This document shows, one piece after another, positions 49,936 through 58,209 of a DNA stretch of 64,000 nucleotides. The number at the start of each line of letters is the position of its first letter. Position 1 is the first letter of the stretch. Source of the DNA: Vicinamibacteria bacterium (lineage in GTDB: Bacteria; Acidobacteriota; Vicinamibacteria; Marinacidobacterales; Marinacidobacteraceae); assembly GCA_964291235.2 (NCBI GenBank), contig OZ219816.1, positions 512,001 to 576,000 of the forward strand. Reading direction: 5' to 3'. The position numbers and the translations under genes are program-made. The notes beneath the pieces are model-generated. The model made no database searches and had not been told where the DNA came from. It worked only from the letters and a program-made list of their open reading frames with translations.

Positions 49936-50143
49936 ATTCAGCACCCGCGTCCAACGCCCACGACCGAGAGCTGGCCCCGGCTCACGTGAACACGAAGCGC
50001 ATCAAAGGTGGCTCTTCGGCGGGCGGACCAGGCCGCCACCGGCTTCACGGAGGCCCTCCACCTCCCCAACGCCGGGGGAGGCCAATGAGGTCCTGACCGG
50101 CCTGGGTGAGGTGTCGGCTGTGCAGTGCAGGACGGTCGCGCCC

Positions 50144-50968
50144 TCAATCGAGTCCCATCGCGCTGACCTTACGGAACACGCGGTCTGGAAGAAGCCGCTT
50201 CAGGACGCCAATGATCTTGCCGTCCCGGGTCGGATGGTAGCGGACGGGCTTCCGCTTCATGTGCACCAGCCGGTACACGGACGACGCCACCTCGACCGGG
50301 TCGACTGCGTTCGCCTGGAACTTCTTCGTAGCCGTTTCGATCGCGGGGATCATCCGGCGCATATAGGCGTCGTAGTCGCCGATCGGCACTTCCCGCGAGT
50401 TCGTCATGTGTGCGGCGAACTCCGTCTTCATCCCGCCCACCTCAAACACCGTCGCATCGATCCCCTGGCTCGCAAGCTCCCACTTGACCGTCTCGGTGAA
50501 CCCGGTCATCGCGAACTTGCTCGCGCAATAGGCGCTCTGCAGCGGAATGCCGAACAGCCCGGCCAGCGACGTGACGTTGACGATGAACCCCGAGCGCTGG
50601 GCGCGCATCACCGGCAGCACCGCACGCATCACCTCCAAGTGGCCGAAGAAGTTCGTCTCAAAGGCTCGGCGGAAGCTCTCGTCCGCGGTCTCCTCAAATG
50701 CCACCAGCCCGCCATAGCCGACATTGTTGAACAGCACGTCGATCCGGCCGAACGTCGCCACCGTCTCCTCGACTGCCGCCCGAACCGTCTCCGGGCGGGT
50801 AACATCCAGCTCGAAGACGCCGACGTTGTGCATGTCGGAAAACACGCCACCCTTGGTGGTATCACGCATCGTGGCGGCGACATTCCAGCCGTCGCGCCCT
50901 GCGAAATACTCGGCGACGGCCCTGCCGAGCCCTGCCGAACCGCCCGTCACGAGAATGGTCTTGCTCAT
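50144..50968 (-). CDS. Short-chain dehydrogenase/reductase
   Basis: MSKTILVTGGSAGLG, NNVG, YCASK. Confidence 0.95.
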   Translation of the reverse strand: MSKTILVTGGSAGLGRAVAEYFAGRDGWNVAATMRDTTKGGVFSDMHNVGVFELDVTRPETVRAAVEETVATFGRIDVLFNNVGYGGLVAFEETADESFRRAFETNFFGHLEVMRAVLPVMRAQRSGFIVNVTSLAGLFGIPLQSAYCASKFAMTGFTETVKWELASQGIDATVFEVGGMKTEFAAHMTNSREVPIGDYDAYMRRMIPAIETATKKFQANAVDPVEVASSVYRLVHMKRKPVRYHPTRDGKIIGVLKRLLPDRVFRKVSAMGLD

Positions 50969-51200
50969 CCGCCTTTGTCCCCCACTTCGGGCCGTGTTCG
51001 AGTTCATTGAAGGATGGTGCAACAACTCGGCGGGGTCACTCCGCGCTGCGCGCGGACTCCACACCGCCCATAGGAGAGTCGCATCGCTGGACCCGAGTGC
51101 CCTCGATCTGCGAGAACTGCCTGGACCGCATCAATCAGCTCACGTCACCATCGGAACGGCCTAAAGAAGGCGCAGTCCGGCGCGATGATATGGCCGGGAA

Positions 51201-52161
51201 TCAGTTGCGGACTCGGTCCCCGACCTGGATGCCGGCCCCGATGGTCACGGTGCCGACGGACGAAACGTCGTCCACTTCGTCAATGCGTACCTGACCCAGA
51301 TCCTCCGTGACCTCACGGAGGACCGCGCCGGTCGCCGGATCGGTGACTGTTCGCGTAACCCGCATGACCCTCAGCGTGTCGCCGACCTCAACGCCCGCCG
51401 CCGAACCCACGTTGAGGATCAGGGTGGCGCCATCCACATCGGCCACCAGGCCGTTCACCGGGACGACCGGGGCGACCCGCGCGGTGATCCGGTTGGAGGA
51501 CCGAACGAGCTGTCCCGACAACTGGTTGATGGCGGCCTCGGTCGCTTCGCCGAGGATGGTTTCGCGATAGCCGCTGCTGTTCATGGAGATCCGAGCCCAG
51601 CCGAGCGGCGTGCCTCCTCCGGCCGCGAGCAGCATCCCGGAGCGGTCCGAGCTGCCTTCACCCTCGCCGGCCGCCAGGATTTCGGCGGTGTCCGTGTTCA
51701 CCATCCGCGCGGTCAACTGGACCGCCGCCTTGCCGCTCTGCCGACCGACCCGGTCCACGAGTCCTCGCGTCAGCCGCCTCAGGCCACCGACGCTCCGGCC
51801 TTCCCGTTCCGTGCCGAACTGCGTGACGCTGCCGATGATGATGGCGTCCACACCCAGAATCCTGCCGATCGCCGCCGCCGACATCGGGTCGGCCCGGTCG
51901 CTGTTGGAAAAGTTCTGTTCGCGCAGGATCGCGTCGAGTCGGGTCCGTTCGATCACGCTATAGGTGCCGTCCCTCACCAGCTCTTCGACCAGCATGTCCG
52001 CGATCCCCCCCCCCAATGTCCCACTCTCCCTCCCACCATCTCGAGATGCTCGCGAACTCGAAATCGAGCACCGCCACCCGACTCCGGTTCTGAGCGAGGC
52101 TCACTGCGGAACCGAGCGTGAGCGCCAACAGGATGCATCCAATCGTCTTCGTTCGCTTCAT
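51201..52161 (-). pseudogene. CsgG/HfaB-family exported protein, frameshifted in a G10 tract (52005-52014)
   Basis: Signal peptide and RVAVLDF are in one frame; GIADMLV..L...YSVIER..LDAILREQ..IGRILGVDAIIIGSVTQFG is in another. G9 restores the frame. Confidence 0.85.
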
Positions 52162-52369
52162 CAGGCTACCTCCGTGGGCGCCTCCGACCGCGTGCCGAAT
52201 CTGCGCGAGCCCGAGCGGGCCGCGCCCGCGCACCGAACGCGCCGGAGCCAACATTGAGGATACGACAAGTCCGCAGGCAATGCACACGGCGCTCCGGCCG
52301 CGGGCGGCGGGGCGCCACGTCAGTCCCGGATCGTATCCCTCCCGCACACCCCGCCGGGCATGAACGGCG

Positions 52370-52854
52370 GCCCGGAGCGCCCGTTCGGAGCGGCGAGGTT
52401 GGCGGGGCGCGATGGAACGAGATGGACCTTGCGGGACGGGAATGGCGCATTCCGCCCGAGCAGATGAAGACGGGACGGTAGCACCGGGTTCCGCTGTCCT
52501 GGAGGGCGCTGACGGTCCTGCAGGAGTCTCAGGCGCTCGCGGACGGCTCCGGGGTGGTGTTTCCCCTCGGCCCGCGGCGGGCCGCTCCACGAGGGGGCGA
52601 TCTCGAAGCTGGTCCGGAGGCTGAAGATCGGTGCGGTGCCGCACGGGTTCCGTTCGAGCTTCCGTGACTGGGCGGCGGAGTGCTCGGATGCGCCGCGTGA
52701 AGTGTGCGAACTGGCGCTGGCTCACGTGAACATCAACGCCGTCGAGGCGGCCTGCCGGCGCACGGATCTGTTCGAGCGACGGCGGGCGCTCATGGAACAA
52801 TGGGCCGCGTTCCTGGCTGGGACCGAAGGCGCGGAACCGAGGCTCGCCGGATGA
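52370..52854 (+). pseudogene. Tyrosine integrase C-terminal half (subfamily B), degenerate
   Basis: ARWNEMDL..REWRIP.EQMKTGR*HRVPLS...AVPHGFRSSFRDWAAE...ACRRTDLFERRRALMEQWA. Confidence 0.85.
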
Positions 52855-52949
52855 CCACAGCAGCGCCTCCGTGTGCCCTGCTGACGACTGTCATCAGGGC
52901 CACTTCGGCCGCGGGAACAGCCTTCGCGCCGGAAGGCCACTTGGGGTTA

Positions 52950-53113
52950 GGCCAGCCTACACAGTGTGAAACACTGGGCTCTGGCGAGGGGATGCTGCGC
53001 CCCCCTTCGAACCCCCGGCCTCTCGCGCCGCTGCCGTGGCAACGGCCGGACGGGGGCTCCGCCCCCGGACCCCCGCGGCGGTGCGCTCCTGGCAGAGCGG
53101 CGCACCGTTGTGG
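52950..53113 (-). repeat. ~165-bp repeat (oriT-like), inverted partner of 56186-56348
   Basis: Its reverse complement aligns with 56186-56348 along the whole length. Contains GGGGGCGGAGCCCCC and CAGTGTTTCACACTG hairpins. Confidence 0.85.
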
Positions 53114-53426
53114 TCCCCGCCCACCTCACACCGGCGGACCAGCTCGCCTCCGGCGAGGCGGAGGCCCTCCGGCTCCCCAACATCGAGGAGCCAGCCAACG
53201 AGGTCGAGAGCGGCGTCGTGGCCCCTTCCGCGGCCGGCGGGCATTACGGCGCTGCCGCGGGGACATAGGCGGCCCAAATTGCCGCGAATCGCGCGAGCCC
53301 GGAGCGATCGGAGCTTGCTATCCGACCGTCTGCGTGCCGCGTTTCACTCTCCTTCCCTCCGCCAGGTCAAGGAAGCCGACATTTGCCCCTTGAAAGATGT
53401 GCTCCGGCGTGTTGAACGTAATTGAC

Positions 53427-53825
53427 ATGAGACTACGACCCATCCACCTGACCGTGATTCCCCTGGCCGCGGTCGCAATTGCGCTGGCCTGTGACACTCC
53501 GGTGATCCCTCCGGCGGCTGGCCCCACGGGGGATGCTCCTACTGCTCCCGCTCCGGCACCAAACCACGCATCGCTGGAACTCGTCGGACCGGCCGGCCAG
53601 TCCGTGGCCGGCCATTCCGCACTCGGCCTCAAGGAGCACGTCGCTCTTCACGTTGGGCAGGCTCGTCGCATCGAGGAGGACTCCGACGCGCGCCTGCTCG
53701 CCGCGTTTCGCGGTGCCGGCGCCTCCGAGGAACAGCTCAAGCGGTGGCGCCTCGAAATGGAGGAGAGCCGGAGTCGGGACGCCAAGCACCTGCAGGCGCT
53801 GCTGACGGACATCCTGGAGCGTTGA
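53427..53825 (+). CDS. Hypothetical lipoprotein
   Basis: Lipoprotein signal ending IALAC, Pro-rich linker, helical C-terminus. Confidence 0.65.
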   Translation: MRLRPIHLTVIPLAAVAIALACDTPVIPPAAGPTGDAPTAPAPAPNHASLELVGPAGQSVAGHSALGLKEHVALHVGQARRIEEDSDARLLAAFRGAGASEEQLKRWRLEMEESRSRDAKHLQALLTDILER

Positions 53826-53871
53826 GGTGCCAAGTCCCGTGTTTCGAGGATCGACGGCGAAGGCAAGACAG

Positions 53872-54141
53872 ATGAACGCCGGTTCCCGACTTCTCCTCGC
53901 CATCACCTTCGTCATCATGCACGCGGTCATCGGGCTCGCCGGCGCGACCTGCTGCCTTGACCGCGTGCTGGAGAGGTACGACTACTGCATCGACAAGGCG
54001 GAATACGATGCCATCGTTGAAGCTCAGCGGTGCGGAATTACTGACAACGCGTGTCGGCAAAGAGCGCTCGACAGGCTAAACGAGCGGAAGGCGGAGTGCC
54101 GCCAGATTCGAGATCGAGAGATGAGAGAATGCAACATCTAG
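53872..54141 (+). CDS. Small secreted cysteine-rich protein 1
   Basis: Signal peptide ..LAGA|TCC; seven Cys; paralog immediately downstream. Confidence 0.75.
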   Translation: MNAGSRLLLAITFVIMHAVIGLAGATCCLDRVLERYDYCIDKAEYDAIVEAQRCGITDNACRQRALDRLNERKAECRQIRDREMRECNI

Positions 54142-54464
54142 TCCGTTTGCCCGATCGGCGTCGCGCGACGACGCCTCTTGCTTCGAGAGGTCTCGGCGTC
54201 TTCATCGTTTTCACCTTTGCCTTCATGCACGCTGTGGTCGTCTCTGCCGGTGCCACCTGTTGCATTGATGAGGCAATCGAGAGGGCCGACGCCTGCGAAG
54301 ATCAGGCGCAGGCGGACTCCCTTGCGGAGGCCGCGCGCTGCAAGCGGCGCATCCTTCCGCGCCGCATCGAACAATGCCTCCTGGAAGTGCACGCCCGGCA
54401 CCAGGAACGGAAGGACGAGTGCCGCCGGATTCGGGACGAGGAGATCTCCCAGTGCAATATCTAG
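54129..54464 (+). CDS. Small secreted cysteine-rich protein 2 (start uncertain: ATG 54129 or TTG 54147)
   Basis: Shares MHAV...AGATCC...ERK.ECR.IRD.E...CNI* with protein 1. Confidence 0.7.
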   Translation: MQHLVRLPDRRRATTPLASRGLGVFIVFTFAFMHAVVVSAGATCCIDEAIERADACEDQAQADSLAEAARCKRRILPRRIEQCLLEVHARHQERKDECRRIRDEEISQCNI

Positions 54465-54499
54465 GGTCACAACGGAAGGTTGCAGCGTTTAGCGGCGGG

Positions 54500-54895
54500 A
54501 TGGCTGTCGGCGTCTTCGCCTTCGTGCTCTTCGAAGGCGCTTCGGAAATCAGTGGAGTCCTTCCCGACGCCGTTGTTGCGGCGATTACGATGTTTGCGGG
54601 CACTCTGGTCGGCACCCTGGTTTGGTCGTCGATCGGCGGGTGGCTGAAGACACGGCCAGAGCCCCCCGTCCTCGTGAGCGCCGGCATCGGAGCCGTTCTC
54701 GCCGTTGGTTTGGCCGGCGCTTTTGCCATCGTCGTCCACAACTACTGGGGCGTTCTGTTAGGTGAACCGCTCGGGATTCTCCACGACGTTGGCTTTTGGC
54801 TCGCGATTTCCCTGTGGAACTCCATCGGCTACGGGTTGGCCGTCAGCCCGGCCGTGCGCGCCGAGACCACCTCTGTCTCGAAGCAGCCGAGCTGA
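54500..54895 (+). CDS. Four-TM hypothetical membrane protein (start uncertain)
   Basis: Four hydrophobic segments within ORF 54374..54895. Confidence 0.55.
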   Translation: MAVGVFAFVLFEGASEISGVLPDAVVAAITMFAGTLVGTLVWSSIGGWLKTRPEPPVLVSAGIGAVLAVGLAGAFAIVVHNYWGVLLGEPLGILHDVGFWLAISLWNSIGYGLAVSPAVRAETTSVSKQPS

Positions 54896-54970
54896 GTGCA
54901 TTCGGGCACAAAACATCCTTGTCTGATCCAGGGAAGGCGTTCCGGCCGGACGCTCCACGAAGAGGCTGTC

Positions 54971-55990
54971 ATGGCGACTCCGAACTCTGAGTGGGAACAC
55001 CCGGACCTCGCGTATGACGCGGAGGAACCCGGAGAAGAGCGTCTCTCGTCCGAAGCACGCGCACCGAGCGAAACGGACGCGGAGGCGCACGGGCAAGCCG
55101 ATCTGGATTTGATAGCGCTCTACGTCCGGGACGGGCGCCGGCATCGCCAGTTCCGCGGGAGTGAGCCCCGGCGGTGCCGACGCGCCCCGCGACCGGACGG
55201 GGCAACCGATCCGGATGGCATTTGCGCCGCCCCCCGCAAACAGTTCAACGGCGAGTTCGGCCGTGAGCGGATGGTCGAGAGCAACCTGGGCCTCGTCGTC
55301 ACTATCGCGAAGAGCTACCGGAACCTCGGACTGCCACTCGGCGACCTCATCCAGGAGGGCAACCTCGGACTCCTGCACGCGGCCCGTCGGTTCGAACCGA
55401 AGCCGGGCCGCAGTTTCTGCGCCTACGCCGCTGGGTGGATTCGCCAGACGATCTGCCGGGCGCTCTCCCAACAGTCGAGGACGATTCGTATTCCCTTACG
55501 CCGCCTTGAGCTCCGGCGGCACGCCTGCGAGGTGGAGGCACACGAGGAACAACGGTCTGGCAACGCGTGTTGCACGGGGGATAGACGCCCGCCCCACACG
55601 ACCGAATACGCAGCTCGAGAGCTGGGAGTCAGCGTCGAGCAACTGCGCTCCACGATCGTTCTGGTATCCGACATCGAGTCGCTCGACACGTCCCCCGCTA
55701 CGAACGGCCTCCCGTGGGTTCTGTCGCTTCCGGATCCCGGGTCCCCGGATCCGTGCGAGACCGCGGCCGGTACCGAGCAGTGGCGGCGTCTGCGCGTCGC
55801 CCTCTCTCACTTGCCGGAGCGCCTCCGACACCTCCTGGAGATGCGATTCGGCCTTGCGGACGGCCAAGAATCCAGCCTTGCCGAAATCGGACGGGCCCTC
55901 CACGTCAGCACGGAGCGGGCGCGGCAATTGCAGCAGCAGGCGCTCGACCGCCTCCGCCGCGACCCCGGGCTCCGGGGACCGCGCGTCTGA
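54971..55990 (+). CDS. RpoD/RpoS-like sigma-70 factor
   Basis: Region 2 MVESNLGLVVTIAKSY..GLPLGDLIQEGNLGL..A..RF...WIRQ.I.RAL..QSRTIRIP; region 4 SLAEIGRALHVSTERARQLQQQAL. Confidence 0.9.
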   Translation: MATPNSEWEHPDLAYDAEEPGEERLSSEARAPSETDAEAHGQADLDLIALYVRDGRRHRQFRGSEPRRCRRAPRPDGATDPDGICAAPRKQFNGEFGRERMVESNLGLVVTIAKSYRNLGLPLGDLIQEGNLGLLHAARRFEPKPGRSFCAYAAGWIRQTICRALSQQSRTIRIPLRRLELRRHACEVEAHEEQRSGNACCTGDRRPPHTTEYAARELGVSVEQLRSTIVLVSDIESLDTSPATNGLPWVLSLPDPGSPDPCETAAGTEQWRRLRVALSHLPERLRHLLEMRFGLADGQESSLAEIGRALHVSTERARQLQQQALDRLRRDPGLRGPRV

Positions 55991-56185
55991 CTCGCAGCCG
56001 GTCGTACTTCGAGGACTCCCCGTGCAAGAAAGACAGCGGTATCGCCGGATTGTGTGCGGCGGAGTAGTCCGGCCCCGCTCCCAGTTGTTGCCGATCATGT
56101 GGTGGACCCGGAACGGGTTCGCCGGGTCGCGGTACACCGGGGTGATCAGAGGGGGCCCGGTCCGCCCGCGCGAGGCGGTCAGCAG

Positions 56186-56348
56186 CCACAACGGTGCGCC
56201 GCTCCGCCAGGAGCGTACCGGTGCGGGGATCCGGGGGCGGAGCCCCCGTCCGCCCGGTGCTCCCGCAGCGGCTCGAAGGGCCGGGGGTTCGAAGGGGGGC
56301 GCGGCACCCCCTCGCCAGTCCCAGTGTTTAACACTGGGTATGCTGGCC
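56186..56348 (+). repeat. ~165-bp repeat (oriT-like), inverted partner of 52950-53113
   Basis: CCACAACGGTGCGCCGCTC...GGGGGTTCGAAGGGGGGCGC...CCCAGTGTTTAACACTGGGTATGCTGGCC. Confidence 0.85.
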
Positions 56349-56630
56349 CTCGTGCATAAGCACGTTAGCCAGCCTCTGGGATGGGGACCATCCCGGGACC
56401 TCGACAGCGCCGATGGCTCCTCACCGAGAAGCTGGCAGCTCGACGCGGCACCTCACCGATCCCGAGCTGACGAACCGGCCTCGAGATCGCCCCGTCAAAC
56501 AGCGGGCCGGTCTGCGCCGAGAGGGAATGCCGTCTCCGAGCCGGTGGCGAACGCTCTCGGCTCGCGGAGCACCGCGAGCGCCGCTGTGGACACTGGTAGC
56601 CGGTGGTCCCCGTAGCCTCCGGGTCGGTGT

Positions 56631-57779
56631 TTACGCCCCGATGTATTCCCCCCAAGCGTCCATCACCGACCTTCGCTCGTCGAACAGGTCGGTCCGCCGA
56701 TACGCGCCTTCGACGCCCTGGACCGTATGGGCCAGCGCCGCCTCCGCCAGCATCGGCGCGTTCCCCCGCTCGGCGCTCCAGTCGCTGAACGTCGAGCGGA
56801 ACCCGTGAACCGTCGCACGCTCGCCCACGCCCGCCGCCCACAGCGCGTTCGTCAGCGCCATGTCCTTCAACGCCCGATCCCCCGAACGTCCGGGGAACAC
56901 CAGCTCGCACCCCTTCCGGCTCCGCAACCGGCGGGCGCGCTCCAGGACCGCCACCGCCTCCGGACTCAGGGGAACGCGGTGCTCCTTCCCGGCCTTCATG
57001 CGCTCGCCGGGAAGCGTCCAGGTGCGCCTGTCCACGTCGATCTCCGACCAGCGCGCGCCCCGCGCCTCGCCGCTGCGCGCCGCCGTCAGGATCAGGAACC
57101 GGAGGCAGAGGCGCACCGCCGCCCGCGACCGCGACCCCTCCACCTTCGCCAGCAGTTCGCGCACCTCGGCGTGCGGCAGGGCGCGATGGCTCCTCGGACG
57201 GCGCCGCCGCTTCGGGAGGGCTCCCTCGATCGCCTCGCCCGCCACGTTCCGCTCGACGAACTCCCGCGCCTGCGCCCAGCCCAGCACGGTACGGATCTGC
57301 TGGCGCACCCGCTGGGCGGTGGTCGGCTTCCGATTCCACAGGTCGTCCTGGAAGAGCACCCGGAGCACGTCATCCCCGCGGATCGCGTCCACGCGCATCG
57401 GTCCGAGCGCGGGGAAGACATACCGCGCCAGCGTCCGCTCCCACGCCCGCGCGTACCCGTCGCCCCGCCAGTTCGCCCGGCGCTCCGCCAGCGTCCGCTC
57501 CGCCGCCTCCGAAAACGTCGGGACCGCCCCGCGGCGGCGCTCGGCGATGGGGTCCTTCCCCTCCCACAGGGCGCGGCGGTTCTGGAGGGCGACCATGCGG
57601 GCCTCGGCGAGCGGCACCAGGTCGAAGGGTCCGATGGTGATGTCGCGGCGGACGCCGTTGACGGTCAAGCGCTGGACCCACACTTTGGTGGCCCGAATCC
57701 GCAGGTAGAGGCCGCCGCCGGCGCAGTAGCGCCCGGGTTCCTTGAGGGCCTTGGCTCTCGCCGCCGTCATGTTCGCCAT
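56631..57779 (-). CDS. P4-type tyrosine integrase with arm-DNA-binding domain (intact)
   Basis: PGRY..GGGLYLRI..WVQR; catalytic residues R (TAARSGE), K (MKAGKEH), HGFR, LAH, Y (GAYRR). Adjacent to attR. Confidence 0.95.
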   Translation of the reverse strand: MANMTAARAKALKEPGRYCAGGGLYLRIRATKVWVQRLTVNGVRRDITIGPFDLVPLAEARMVALQNRRALWEGKDPIAERRRGAVPTFSEAAERTLAERRANWRGDGYARAWERTLARYVFPALGPMRVDAIRGDDVLRVLFQDDLWNRKPTTAQRVRQQIRTVLGWAQAREFVERNVAGEAIEGALPKRRRRPRSHRALPHAEVRELLAKVEGSRSRAAVRLCLRFLILTAARSGEARGARWSEIDVDRRTWTLPGERMKAGKEHRVPLSPEAVAVLERARRLRSRKGCELVFPGRSGDRALKDMALTNALWAAGVGERATVHGFRSTFSDWSAERGNAPMLAEAALAHTVQGVEGAYRRTDLFDERRSVMDAWGEYIGA

Positions 57780-57801
57780 ATTGCCGCCTCCGAGGTGACG
57801 A

Positions 57802-57972
57802 GGCCCCCCTATTGGCCCTCGCGATCGGCGGGAAGTGTAGCGCTTCGGCAGGACGGAAGCGGGCGGCACGGGAATCGGTATCAGGCTCTAATCCATTGGT
57901 GTTCTTGCACTATAGGCCCGTATATGGCCTTCTGGGAACATGCAGGAGCCATTCACTATGGATGAAAGGGGG
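57802..57972 (+). promoter_or_regulatory. attR arm and core (TGAAAGGGGG, 57963-57972)
   Basis: GGCCC(C/T)C at 57802 and 57814 (12-bp period, as in the left arm), IHF-like TAATCCATTGG at 57889, core identical to 2011-2020. Confidence 0.65.
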
Positions 57973-58169
57973 GCACCCCCCCTTTCACAAAAAGAAGGCG
58001 CTGATCGATCGGAACTCGCCGTAGCGCGCGCTGGGCGCGCAAGGGAGTTTCGATCCCGGCGCGAAGCGCCGGGCGGCCCCGGGAGGGGGCTTTCCCGAAT
58101 GTCCGCGCGACTCTTCCCGAACACGTCGGCGCGGCGGCCCCCTCCCGGGACCGCTCAGTGCGAGCCCGG
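57963..58169 (-). repeat. Structured ~230-bp repeat, copy interrupted by the island
   Basis: Its reverse complement aligns with 62208-62440 but lacks the terminal ~16 bp, which are found at 1995-2010. Confidence 0.9.
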
Positions 58170-58209
58170 TGGGGCCGGACGGCCCCACCGCCTCGCTTCG
58201 TGAGGGAGC

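Larger units (their letters stand above)
2011..57972. mobile_element. Composite integrative (ICE-like) genomic island, ~56 kb
   Basis: 10-bp direct repeat at both ends, intact tyrosine integrase next to the right end, T4SS/ArdC/primase/AlpA genes, many pseudogenes, and housekeeping genes immediately outside both ends. Confidence 0.8.

Noticed and set aside
4783-52481. Stop-codon recoding suggested by in-frame stops (TAA 4783, TAG 16055, TAG 36306, TAG 52479)
   Set aside because: TAG ends intact genes here (permease, virB6 directly before the virB8 RBS, SBP, both Cys peptides). Both TAA and TAG are involved, and frameshifts co-occur, so decay or sequencing error is the simpler explanation.
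45133-52854. Classical integron
   Set aside because: The integrases are P4-type with an arm-binding domain and lack the IntI insertion. No attC-like GTTRRRY/RYYYAAC repeats were seen.
57780-58200. tRNA/tmRNA integration target next to the integrase
   Set aside because: No cloverleaf or T-loop plus CCA could be found at either island end. The junction maps to the structured repeat instead.
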